Below are positions 5,924 to 14,309 of a DNA stretch of 32,000 nt, one piece after another; position 1 is the stretch's first letter; each line of letters opens with the position of its first letter. Under the pieces are notes generated by a model. The model worked only from the letters and a program-made list of their open reading frames with translations, was not told the DNA's origin and did not search any database. The position numbers and the translations under genes are program-made. Source of the DNA: Planctomycetales bacterium (GTDB lineage: Bacteria; 4484-113; JAFGCY01). The stretch spans positions 3,870,001 to 3,902,000 of the forward strand of contig CP060262.1 in NCBI GenBank assembly GCA_022646745.1. The letters run 5' to 3'.

Positions 5924-6529
5924 ATGAAAGTCAACGGAATCATCGCTCGTATCGCAGCAGTCGCAGTTCTCTCCATCAGCGCCCTCGTCGCATCCTGCGG
6001 TGGTGGCTCAGTCGCCAGTGACATGGATGCCCAGCTTGACCAGACCAGCCAGGCCAGCAACATCATTGACGAGATCAGCGTGGCGGACGACATCAACGCC
6101 CAGGCTGATATCGACAAGGGCACCAGCGGCTACGACGGCTACTGGGTTGAAAGCGCAGACGCCGCCTATGTGGACGGCCTCGACATCCTCTTCCAGTTCA
6201 AGAAGAACGGCATGGGCCAGTACAAGTTCGTGATCAACATCACCAACAACTCTTCCCATTCCCGCATCGTCGACTTCAAGGACTTCAGCCTGAACTACGA
6301 CTACTTCGTCTACCAGAACGGCGTGAAGAAGTGGCAGGCCAGCCAGGACAGCTTCTGCCTCGTGATCGAGCCGGACTTCTACCTGCCGCCCTACCAGACC
6401 AAGTCCTACGAAGTCCCCTGGGATGGCAAGGACCTCTCCAACCACGTGGTGAGCGGACTGGCCACCGTCAAGGGCAAGCTCTACCTCAACAGCGGTACGG
6501 TGCTCCTTGAAGGCCCCGCCTACATCTAA
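5924..6529 (+). CDS. Lipoprotein, possibly BsuPI-like (proteinase-inhibitor-type beta-sandwich)
   Basis: ORF track 5915..6529. I prefer ATG 5924 because GAGG lies 9 nt upstream. MKVNGIIARIAAVAVLSISALVASCGGG is a lipobox signal. The segment FSLNYDYFVYQNGVKKWQASQDSFCLVIEPDFYLPPYQTKSYEVPWDGKD resembles the BsuPI domain pattern, judged from memory only. Confidence 0.6.
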   Translation: MKVNGIIARIAAVAVLSISALVASCGGGSVASDMDAQLDQTSQASNIIDEISVADDINAQADIDKGTSGYDGYWVESADAAYVDGLDILFQFKKNGMGQYKFVINITNNSSHSRIVDFKDFSLNYDYFVYQNGVKKWQASQDSFCLVIEPDFYLPPYQTKSYEVPWDGKDLSNHVVSGLATVKGKLYLNSGTVLLEGPAYI

Positions 6530-6578
6530 GGCAGTGCCAACCCCAACCAAGCTAACCACTTTCCATACACACAGTCCC

Positions 6579-6614
6579 CGGCCCGGAGCAATCCGGGCCG
6601 CTGTGCTTTCTTGC
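6579..6614 (+). terminator. Probable terminator hairpin with GCAA tetraloop
   Basis: CGGCCCGGA-GCAA-TCCGGGCCG (6579..6600) is followed by a moderately T-rich tail, ctgtgctttcttgc. Confidence 0.5.
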
Positions 6615-6658
6615 TAACCTGCCGGCCTGCCCTGTGCAAAGATTGTTCTGTGATTGCC

Positions 6659-7639
6659 ATGTTGCAATTCAACTGGGTGGGATGGTCCTTTGTACTTCTG
6701 TTTGTCAGCGGCACCGTCGTAATGCTTGCCAGTTACTTCCGGCTGGTCCAAGGAAGCAAAGCTGGCCGCCAACGGCTGATTGACAGCATCGACCTGCCCC
6801 GGACGAGGGAGCTGCGGGCCCGTGCCTTCGCCGCGCGCTACGGACATAAGCGCGATATTGATTTCCCCGAAGCGAAGCGCCTGCTGCGGGAGGCATATTC
6901 AAGAGGCGACAAACTGGCAGGGATGCAGCTGCAGCGCCTGCTGTACTTTGACCAGGGCATGTCTGCAGCACGCGAGTCAGAGCGTATCTTCCATGACTGC
7001 AGGGATGCCCTGTTAGAACTGGTCAAGCTTTCCCATCCTGAAGCGAACTTCCTGTTCTGCAACACCTGCGGCATGCATTCAATGGACGAGATTGCCATGA
7101 TGTACGAGACAGAATCCCTGTTTGAAGCCTGTGATGCAGGGTTCGTGCCAGCCTGGTTGTTGCGCGGGGATATTGAATCGGACCCTGCAGATGGTTGCGA
7201 CCCGGATGAGGCGATGCTTTGGTATCGCAAGGCAGCAGACGAGGGTTGGCTGGCCGGACGGACCGGAGTGGCGAAAGTTCTTTGTGATCCGGCGTACAGT
7301 GGCTTCGACCCAGCAAAGGGGATTGCCATGCTGCGGGAATGCGCGGCGCGTACTGACAGCCATGCGATGCAGCTGCTGGCCCGGATGCTCCTTGATGATG
7401 AACTGGGCCATTACGATCCCGAGGAAGCTCGGCAATGGCTCGCCAGGGCGGTGAAGCTCGGTGAATACTACGCTTGCATCGAACTTGCGATTCTGCACCG
7501 GGATGGAACCGGCGGGCCTGTTGACATAGTGGAAGCACGTCGCCTGCTCAGGATTGCAACGCAGTTCAGCTTTGACAGTGAAGCACGCAAGCTGCTGTCG
7601 GAACTCGATGAGCCTTCCGGGACAGGCACTTCTGAGTAG
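6659..7639 (+). CDS. Membrane-anchored Sel1-like repeat (SLR/TPR) protein
   Basis: ORF track 6611..7639, with the start uncertain (TTG 6611 or ATG 6659). There is an N-terminal TM helix (WVGWSFVLLFVSGTVVMLASYF). Sel1-type repeats include EAMLWYRKAADEGWLAG and EEARQWLARAVKLGEYYACIELAILHRDGTGGPVDIVEARRLLRIA. Confidence 0.7.
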   Translation: MLQFNWVGWSFVLLFVSGTVVMLASYFRLVQGSKAGRQRLIDSIDLPRTRELRARAFAARYGHKRDIDFPEAKRLLREAYSRGDKLAGMQLQRLLYFDQGMSAARESERIFHDCRDALLELVKLSHPEANFLFCNTCGMHSMDEIAMMYETESLFEACDAGFVPAWLLRGDIESDPADGCDPDEAMLWYRKAADEGWLAGRTGVAKVLCDPAYSGFDPAKGIAMLRECAARTDSHAMQLLARMLLDDELGHYDPEEARQWLARAVKLGEYYACIELAILHRDGTGGPVDIVEARRLLRIATQFSFDSEARKLLSELDEPSGTGTSE

Positions 7640-7703
7640 CTACTCAGCTGTGCACCAGGCTGGTTTGTTCTGAAGCATCGCAAGTCTCGTATATACTCTG
7701 CCC

Positions 7704-8162
7704 GTGCCGGACTTCATCCCCCGCAATCCAGACTTTGAGCGCAGCGTGCGCGAATCGTGGACCACACAGAGTTTCCTGCGCCTGCTGGGCGCTGAGATCA
7801 CCGCCGTGGCTCCCGGTGCGGTGGAAACCCGCCTGCCCTGGCGGGCGGACCTCTGCCAGCAACATGGCTACTTCCACGCCGGCGTAATTGCCACGCTGGC
7901 TGATGTGACCGGTGGATACAGTGCGTATTCGATGCTGCCGGCCGGCTGGTCGATGCTGTCAACGGAGTTCAAGGTCAACCTGATCAGCCCCGCGATCGGC
8001 GAATGCCTGGTCGCGCGCGGACAGCTGCTGAAGGCCGGACGCACCCTGTTCCCAGCCCGGGTGGACGTGTTTGCGCTCAAGGATGGCAACGAGAAGCTGG
8101 TGGCTGCGATGCAGATGACCCTGATGGGCCTCGAGGACAGGCCCGAGCTGGAGGCCCGCTGA
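7704..8162 (+). CDS. PaaI-family (hotdog fold) thioesterase
   Basis: 152 aa. The segment LGAEITAVAPGAVETRLPWRADLCQQHGYFHAGVIATLADVTGGYS...STEFKVNLISPA follows the PaaI/4HBT pattern. The start is GTG and is uncertain. Confidence 0.75.
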   Translation: MPDFIPRNPDFERSVRESWTTQSFLRLLGAEITAVAPGAVETRLPWRADLCQQHGYFHAGVIATLADVTGGYSAYSMLPAGWSMLSTEFKVNLISPAIGECLVARGQLLKAGRTLFPARVDVFALKDGNEKLVAAMQMTLMGLEDRPELEAR

Positions 8163-8494
8163 TGCTGGCCCTGGCCGGGATGTACCTGCTGATCCACATG
8201 ACGACTGTCTACTTCGGCTTCAGCCTGACGAAGATGGACCAGACGCGCTCCCGGCGCTTCTTCCCGCTGGCGGCCACAAGCGGCGTGCTGACCGGTGTGC
8301 TGCACTACCTGATTGACAACCACGTTGACTTCCCGGACAGCATCCTTGAAGCGCTTGTGATCGGCGTCGGCAGTGGACTGCTGGTGTTGCTGCTGGCGGT
8401 GTTCTTGCTCCCACGCGTGCTGAACAAGGCCGTGATGGTGGCGGCGGTGGTCTGCTTTGGCGACCTCGTATTCTCCATGCTGCTGCTGCGCTGA
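8162..8494 (+). CDS. Small integral membrane protein (about 110 aa, 3-4 TM segments)
   Basis: This is the in-frame part of track ORF 8003..8494. ATG 8162 overlaps the thioesterase TGA (TGATG), suggesting translational coupling. The sequence MLALAGMYLLIHMTTVYFGF...LLVLLLAVFLLP is hydrophobic. Confidence 0.5.
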   Translation: MLALAGMYLLIHMTTVYFGFSLTKMDQTRSRRFFPLAATSGVLTGVLHYLIDNHVDFPDSILEALVIGVGSGLLVLLLAVFLLPRVLNKAVMVAAVVCFGDLVFSMLLLR

Positions 8495-8517
8495 GCCGCA
8501 GCGGTTAAGATGGGCAG

Positions 8518-9270
8518 ATGCCCCAGCAGCACAATGCCTTCCCGGATGAACGGATCGAACGGATCCGCACACTGCTGCATGAGCATGCGGACCCACAGCA
8601 TGCCCTCTTCCACCGCGAGTACCACAAGTCGCAATTGATGTTCCACGGACTGCGGGCACCAGTGCTGAAGCAGCTCTACCGCAGCGTCTTCCCCTCCCGC
8701 AGCAGGCTGGATGAGGATGGACTGTCCGGCATTGTCAATCAGCTCTGGCACTCCGGTTGCTGGGAGGAGACGATGCTGGCAATCATGCTGCTGGAACGGC
8801 ACCAGCGCCAGCTTCCGCTCGATTACATTGCCAGCATCCTGACAATGACGCGCGAGTGCGAGGGCTGGGCCCAGCTTGACGGCCTGGCATGCGGTGTGTT
8901 GTCGCAGATGGCCCTGCGTTTCGATGCGGCTGAGGAACTCCGCCGGCAGTTTTACGGTGATGTCGCAGCCTGGGCAGAGGACAGCTGCATGTGGACCCGG
9001 CGGGCCAGCATCCTCGTGCATATCCATCCGGCCCGGCAGGCCAGGCTTGCGGAGGATTATTGCTGGGATACATGGGCATCACGCCTGCACGAAAAGGAAT
9101 TCTTCATCCGCAAGGCCATCGGCTGGGTGCTGCGTGAAGCATCGAAGCAGTATCCGCAACAGGTGCACGATTTCCTGCTCCGTGTCGGCGACCGGGCCAG
9201 CGGCCTGACAAGGCGTGAGGGTGCACGCAACCTGCCTTCGCAGCTCAGGATTGGAATACTTGGCAAGTAA
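8518..9270 (+). CDS. DNA alkylation repair protein (AlkD-like HEAT-repeat family)
   Basis: 250 aa. The C-terminal EFFIRKAIGWVLREASKQYPQQVHDFLL is the hallmark segment of the DNA_alkylation family. Confidence 0.75.
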   Translation: MPQQHNAFPDERIERIRTLLHEHADPQHALFHREYHKSQLMFHGLRAPVLKQLYRSVFPSRSRLDEDGLSGIVNQLWHSGCWEETMLAIMLLERHQRQLPLDYIASILTMTRECEGWAQLDGLACGVLSQMALRFDAAEELRRQFYGDVAAWAEDSCMWTRRASILVHIHPARQARLAEDYCWDTWASRLHEKEFFIRKAIGWVLREASKQYPQQVHDFLLRVGDRASGLTRREGARNLPSQLRIGILGK

Positions 9271-9351
9271 GCCGATTGTTCCAATCCGGCTACTCGCCAA
9301 TCACCAGCGCGCCGTATAGAATCAGCGCTCAAGTTTGCAACGGAGAGCGCA

Positions 9352-9795
9352 ATGACTGAATACGTGATGAAGGCCCCGTTTGAAGTGAGTGCCGACGAGC
9401 TGTGGGGCACGGTTGGCAACTGGCATGAGGTTAACCGCTTCCTGCCAATGATCATTTCCTGCACGACCACAGGGGGCGATCCCGGCGCGAAGCGCAGCAT
9501 TAAGATTGAGGGCGACCAGTGGGTGGAGGAGGAGCTGCTGCGCTACGAACCGGAAATCCGCAGTTACACCTATGCAATCACCAGCAGCAGCTTCCCGTTC
9601 AAGGACTATGTCGGCACGATGAAGATCAACGAGGACCCCGAGGGTGGATGTGAGTTCGAGTGGTCCTGCCGCTTCAAGCCTGACGGTGCCAGCGAGGACG
9701 ATGTGCTAGGCATCATGGAGTTCTTCTACGGCACCGGGATGGAAACGCTTGCGAAGCTGCACTCTGGCAAGGCGGCAGGCAATGGCCCGCAATAG
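9352..9795 (+). CDS. SRPBCC (Bet v1/START-like) domain protein
   Basis: 147 aa. GGAGAG lies upstream of the ATG. The W..V..W.....F.P pattern appears as LWGTVGNWHEVNRFLPMI. Size and beta-rich composition fit the SRPBCC fold. Confidence 0.6.
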   Translation: MTEYVMKAPFEVSADELWGTVGNWHEVNRFLPMIISCTTTGGDPGAKRSIKIEGDQWVEEELLRYEPEIRSYTYAITSSSFPFKDYVGTMKINEDPEGGCEFEWSCRFKPDGASEDDVLGIMEFFYGTGMETLAKLHSGKAAGNGPQ

Positions 9796-10363
9796 CGAAC
9801 GGTGCGCCTGGTGCGGCAGTGACCCGCTTTATGTTGCCTACCATGACAAGGAATGGGGCGTGCCCCTGCATGATGACAACGCCCTGTTCGAGTTCCTGGT
9901 GCTGGAGGGTTTCCAGGCCGGGCTGAGCTGGATCACGATCCTGCGCAAGCGCGACAACTTCCGCCGGGCCTTTGACAATTTCGACCCGCTGAAGGTGGTG
10001 CGCTACAGCGAGAAGCGCTTCGAGAAGCTGATGCAGGACAGCGGCATAATCCGCAACCGGATGAAGATCGAGGCTTCAGTTGCCAATGCCCGTGCCTTCC
10101 TCAAGGTGCAGGAGGAGTTCGGCAGCTTCGACGCCTACAACTGGGGCTTCGTGGACGGGCGCCCGCTCGTCAACCAGTGGCAGGAGATGGGGGAGATCCC
10201 GGCCCAGACAGAGCTTGCCGTGAAGTTCTCAAAGGACCTCAAGGCCCGGGACTTCAAGTTCGTCGGTCCGACCATCGTATATGCGCACATGCAGGCCACC
10301 GGGATGGTCAACGACCACGTGACGGGCTGCTTCAGGCATGCCCAGCTGCGCAAACTGAAATGA
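9782..10363 (+). CDS. tag: DNA-3-methyladenine glycosylase I
   Basis: ORF track 9749..10363. The probable start is ATG 9782, which overlaps the end of the SRPBCC gene. RCAWCGSDPLYVAYHDKEWGVPLHDDNALFEFLVLEGFQAGLSWITILRKR is the Tag signature and includes the zinc-binding Cys residues. Confidence 0.9.
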   Translation: MARNSERCAWCGSDPLYVAYHDKEWGVPLHDDNALFEFLVLEGFQAGLSWITILRKRDNFRRAFDNFDPLKVVRYSEKRFEKLMQDSGIIRNRMKIEASVANARAFLKVQEEFGSFDAYNWGFVDGRPLVNQWQEMGEIPAQTELAVKFSKDLKARDFKFVGPTIVYAHMQATGMVNDHVTGCFRHAQLRKLK

Positions 10364-10587
10364 AGTACATGGTTAAATCCCGGTAGCTTTTCATTTCCCT
10401 GTAACTCCGATTTGACGGTCCCGTCCCCTGTTTCTGTGCTCCGGCTGGCACTTCACAGGGCGCACGGGAATGCTCCCTGTGATCAATTCAGTGCATTTCG
10501 CAGATGGCTGTTTACTCATTCGCCAGCGGGGGTAATACAAGCGGTTTCGGCAATGAAACCCCAATTCATCGAATCGGGAAACTGGAA

Positions 10588-10761
10588 ATGTACACAACTG
10601 AGATCAGGGCGCACCGCCAGGAAGAGACCAACCTCCGCGACCAGTTCGAGGCTCGCTGGGATTTCGAGGTGATCCTGTCTGAACTGCGCCGCAACCCCGT
10701 ACTGGAAGTGATCGGTAGCAATGAGAAGGTCTATGCTATAGAATACTTCGCAACCGCCTAG
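10588..10761 (+). CDS. Hypothetical small protein (57 aa from ATG 10588)
   Basis: This is the part of track ORF 10504..10761 starting at MYTTEIRAHRQEETNLRDQFEARWDFEVILSELRRNPVLEVIGSNEKVYAIEYFATA. It is followed by the hairpin ACCGCC..GGCGGT plus a T-rich tail. I recognise no homology and the RBS is weak. Confidence 0.3.
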   Translation: MYTTEIRAHRQEETNLRDQFEARWDFEVILSELRRNPVLEVIGSNEKVYAIEYFATA

Positions 10762-10994
10762 GGCGAAACCCGGCGGTTACTTTTGTGAACTTACTTTTGT
10801 TACTTTGCTTTCTGGAGAAGAACCGATGACTATCATTTCGCGTAATGACAACAATGGCATCCGCAGCATCCTCGATTCCGTGCCCGTTCGTGAGCTCACC
10901 GCTGTGACCAATGACGAGCGCGAGGACGAGCCCACCCAGTAGTCGGGGTAACAGCCTGCCGCAACCGGTGCTAATCTAGCAGTGGAGGTAGGCA

Positions 10995-11933
10995 ATGAAA
11001 ACGATAAAGCTGATGGTCGCCGTGATGGTTCTCCTGTGGACCGCCCCGGCGCTGGCATTTGAAGCGGATGCGGGAAACCGTGCCCTGCCGCTCTACGGCA
11101 TCGACCGTGTCAGCGGAGACTGGGTTGACCTGGCCGATTACCGCGGCAAGTGGGTGCTGCTGGAGAACTGGGCCACCTGGTGAGGACCCTGCATGGGGCA
11201 GTTGCCCTATCTGCTGGACGAGACCAGTGAACTGCGCAAGCGCAGTGACTTCGCCGTGTTCACCGTGGCATTCGACAACCCGGACCGCGAGCAGGAAGTC
11301 GACAAGGTGATCCGCGAGAAGAAGATCCCGCATGTGGTGGTCTGGGACCACCGCGAGGCGACGGACCTTTCCAACAAGGCCGACTGGAACATCAAGGGCT
11401 TCCCGACCACCGTGCTCGTCAACCCCGATGGCATCATCCAGGGCAGCATGGACGTGGACGAGAACCTTGAGGAGAACCTGCTCTACTTCCTCGAGCAGGA
11501 CAGTGTCCCTGCCCCGATCGGACTGAGCTTCAGCAAGCCGACTGATGACGAGGGAAATGTCATGCTGTCGGACGATGGCTCGGTCAGGCTGACGATTGAT
11601 GTGTACAGCCCGACGCATGAGGATCTCGAAGTGATGGTCGACGTGATGGGCACGAAGATCAGCTATGATGACGAGAAGGATCCCGAGCACAAGGAACCGA
11701 ACTACGAGCCCGTCAACTACCGTGACGAGGGCCGTGCCCCGGACTTCACCGCCAGCTTCAGCCAGTACGGCAGTTTCACCAAGGACGTGATGCTGACGCC
11801 GGAGGAAGGCATGGGCTACCTGTTCGTGGTGGTCAGCGTGAAGATCCCCGGCACCGAGGCGCTCAACGGTGGAGAGGGACTGACGACGTCCAGCTTTGAC
11901 TTCATCAGCTTCCCGAAGGAAGATGCTGAGTAA
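10995..11933 (+). CDS. Exported TlpA-like thiol:disulfide oxidoreductase, predicted selenoprotein (UGPC; TGA at 11181..11183)
   Basis: Track ORFs 10995..11183 and 11193..11933 share one frame. Read-through gives GKWVLLENWATW-U-GPCMGQLP. GGAGG lies upstream of the ATG, and the signal peptide is MKTIKLMVAVMVLLWTAPALA. The cis-Pro loop is KGFPTTVLVNPDG. Confidence 0.8.
11181..11210 (+). promoter_or_regulatory. Putative SECIS hairpin A-UGGGG-CAGUUG-CCCUA-U
   Basis: The stem is 11193..11198 paired with 11205..11210 and includes one G:U pair. The loop CAGUUG is 11199..11204. The 5-bp core stem (UGGGG, 11194..11198) is 10 nt from the UGA as at 4236, and the extra A-U closing pair (11193/11210) shortens that gap to 9 nt. 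Confidence 0.55.
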
Positions 11934-11966
11934 GAAGGCCCGACTGATAAATGATTGATCCACAGT

Positions 11967-11997
11967 GGAGCCCGGCTGGGCTCCCCTGTTTGTTTCG
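11967..11997 (+). terminator. Rho-independent terminator between the two tandem Sec paralogs
   Basis: GGAGCCC-ggct-GGGCTCC is followed by cctgtttgtttcg. Confidence 0.6.
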
Positions 11998-12043
11998 TGG
12001 TGCGCTTCCGATATACTTCCCACAGACCTGAGAGGGAGTACAC

Positions 12044-12967
12044 ATGACCCGTACCATTCTGGCAACATGCCTGCTGGCCATCCTGCTGGCAGGCAGCCCC
12101 GCGCTGGCATTTGAACCGCTAAGCGGCACACGCGCCTACCCGATCAGTGGCACCGACATCGTCAGCGGCCAGCATGTGGACCTCGACCAGTACCTCGGCA
12201 AGTGGGTGCTGCTCGAGTTCTGGGCCACCTGGTGAGGACCCTGCGTCGGGCAGTTGCCCGAAGTGCAGGCATTGCATGAGCAGTTCGCGGGTCGCGATGA
12301 CTTTGCGCTCTTGTCAGTGAGTGGCGACTACCCCGACAGCATGGACGAACTGCGTCCGATGATTGAGGAATACGGCATCACCTACCCCGTGCTGCATGGC
12401 CTGGATGGCGATGAGCCTGACCTGCACGACTGGGATATTCTCGGATTTCCATCGGCCTTCCTGATCAATCCACAGGGCGTGGTCCTGCTGGAGACGCATA
12501 TCGGTGAGTACACAGCGGGCTGGCTGGAAACACTGCTCAACCTCGAGCAGGAGATTCCCGTGACCCAGCTTTCCGTGGACAATGAGCTGCTGGACAATGG
12601 CGGGCTGCGCTTCACTGTGCGTTCCGACAGGCAGCTGGATGTGCATGTCAATGTCGGCAAGATCCTCGAGGAGTACTGGGAAGATGTTGACGGAGAATGG
12701 CAGGAAGTGGAGAATCCTCCTGCCGACGCAGAGCCCAACATGAGTGCCTACCATTCACTTGACGACTGGGAGAACAGGATTGTCAGCCTTGAGCCGCTGG
12801 ATGGATCATTCGTCTACAGCTTTGAGATTGAGCCAGTTACGGACGACAACCTGTGGTTGATCCAGTGCAGTGTTTCAGCGCAGATCCCCGGAACCGAGGA
12901 GCTTGAAGCAATGCTTCCGATGCTGATGGCGGGAAGCGAATGGTTCAAGCCGGAATCGGATTCTTAG
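12044..12967 (+). CDS. Exported TlpA-like thiol:disulfide oxidoreductase, predicted selenoprotein (UGPC; TGA at 12233..12235)
   Basis: Track ORFs 12044..12235 and 12254..12967 share one frame. Read-through gives GKWVLLEFWATW-U-GPCVGQLP. AGGGAG lies upstream of the ATG, and the signal peptide is MTRTILATCLLAILLAGSPALA. The cis-Pro loop is LGFPSAFLINPQG. Confidence 0.8.
12233..12261 (+). promoter_or_regulatory. Putative SECIS hairpin UCGGG-CAGUUG-CCCGA
   Basis: The stem is 12246..12250 paired with 12257..12261, and the loop is 12251..12256. The second base pair is C-G here, versus G-C at 4250/4263. Confidence 0.55.
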
Positions 12968-12987
12968 GATATAATTTGCCTCCACGT

Positions 12988-13062
12988 CGGGCGGTAGCGC
13001 AGTCCGGTTAGCGCACTAGTCTGGGGGACTAGGGGTCGCGAGTTCGAATCTCGCCCGCCCGA
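12988..13062 (+). tRNA. tRNA-Pro (anticodon GGG)
   Basis: The hand-folded cloverleaf is 75 nt. Acceptor CGGGCGG/CCGCCCG, D arm GCGC-AGTCCGGTTA-GCGC, anticodon arm CTAGT-CTGGGGG-ACTAG, variable loop GGGTC, T arm GCGAG-TTCGAAT-CTCGC, discriminator A. G37 fits Pro. No CCA is encoded. Confidence 0.9.
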
Positions 13063-13085
13063 TATTCCTTTTCCTTATCGCGTTC

Positions 13086-14069
13086 TCAGTAGCGCGTACC
13101 CGCCGTCTGCTCCGGCAGGCCGGCCGTGATCCCCGCCAGCTGCTCAGCACTGAAGCTGATGCCCGCAGCCGCGATGTTCTCCTGCAGGCGGCTGAGCTTG
13201 CGTGTGCCGGGGATGACCGCCAGGTTCGGCGCCTGGTTGAGCACCCAGGCCAATGCGACCTGCGCCGTGCTCACGTTTTTCTCGGCAGCCACTGAATCGA
13301 TCACCTCTAGGAAGCGGCGGTTCTGCTCGAATGCCTCATCGGCAAAGCGCGGGTTCCGACGGCGGAAGTCCGTCTCATCAAGTGAGTCCTTGTCCTTGAT
13401 CGCGCCCGTGAGGAAACCGCGGCCGAGCGGGCTGTAGGCCACAAATGTGGTGCCCAGCGCTGCGGCGGTGCCAAGCATGCCGTCCAGCGGCTCACGACTC
13501 CACATCGACAGCTCGTTCTGCACGGCCGTGATCGGATGGATCTCATTGGCCTCGCGCAGTTCCTCGGGGCTGACTTCGGAGATGCCGATCCAGCGCACCT
13601 TGCCCTGCTCCACCAGCTCCTTCATGGCGCCGATGCTTTCACTGTAGGGCACCTCGCGGTCGCGGCGGTGCATGTAGTAGAGGTCGAGGTTGTCACGGCC
13701 CAGCCGCCTGAGGCTGGCTTCACAGGCCTGATGGATGTACTCAGGCCGGTTGTTGATGCCGGTGAAGGCTCCATCAGCGCCACGTTCCACCGCGAACTTG
13801 GTGGCGAGCACCAGCTGGTTCCAGCGGCCGGCGAAGGCGCGGCCGATCAGTTCCTCATTGTGTCCACTGCCGTACATGTCAGCGGTGTCGAAGAAGTTCA
13901 CGCCGAGGTCCAGCGCTCCGTGCAGCACCTTGATTGATTCAGCTTCATCACTTGGTCCGTAGAATTCGGACATGCCCATGCAGCCCAGTCCGACGCGGCT
14001 GATTTCAGCATCTGTGTTTCCGAGCCTGATCCGCTTCGGGATCATCTTCCCTGCAGTGTTTGCATCCAT
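13086..14069 (-). CDS. Aldo/keto reductase family oxidoreductase
   Basis: 327 aa. The motifs GLGCMGMSEFYG, NFFDTADMYGSGHNEELIG, RDNLDLYYMHRRD and KVRWIGISEV are canonical AKR motifs. Confidence 0.9.
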   Translation of the reverse strand: MDANTAGKMIPKRIRLGNTDAEISRVGLGCMGMSEFYGPSDEAESIKVLHGALDLGVNFFDTADMYGSGHNEELIGRAFAGRWNQLVLATKFAVERGADGAFTGINNRPEYIHQACEASLRRLGRDNLDLYYMHRRDREVPYSESIGAMKELVEQGKVRWIGISEVSPEELREANEIHPITAVQNELSMWSREPLDGMLGTAAALGTTFVAYSPLGRGFLTGAIKDKDSLDETDFRRRNPRFADEAFEQNRRFLEVIDSVAAEKNVSTAQVALAWVLNQAPNLAVIPGTRKLSRLQENIAAAGISFSAEQLAGITAGLPEQTAGTRY

Positions 14070-14309
14070 GGCTTCCCATCTCCCTGAATTACTGCTATTG
14101 GTACCCTGCCATTGCCTCTTTCCACTTTGAATCGCAAAAAGACGGCAAGACTGGACGAATCATGTAACGTAGGAATGCCCGGCGCGTCCCTAGTTGTAGC
14201 CTGAAGAGATTTTCATGCAGGACCCGGCTGAAACCTGCATCCCTGGGTTAATCTAATCGGCTCTTAAACCTCAGGTTGCGCGCGCTGCGGCATCATCACA
14301 GGTAGAGCT

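Noticed and set aside
10364-10587. tRNA-Sec (selC) or another tRNA hidden in the low-GC gap next to the selenoprotein genes
   Set aside because: I found no T-loop (GGTTCRANNCC-type) sequence, no long acceptor stem and no cloverleaf on either strand.
11950-11965. DnaA box-like TGATCCACA and the GAGCAATGAG blocks as a replication origin with iterons
   Set aside because: There is only a single 8/9 DnaA-box match, located far from the repeats. There is no dnaA, dnaN or rep gene, and no AT-rich unwinding element next to the blocks.
12988-13062. tRNA-Pro as an integration hotspot for a genomic island
   Set aside because: There is no integrase gene adjacent, I saw no direct repeat of the tRNA 3' end nearby, and the neighbouring genes have native-like composition.
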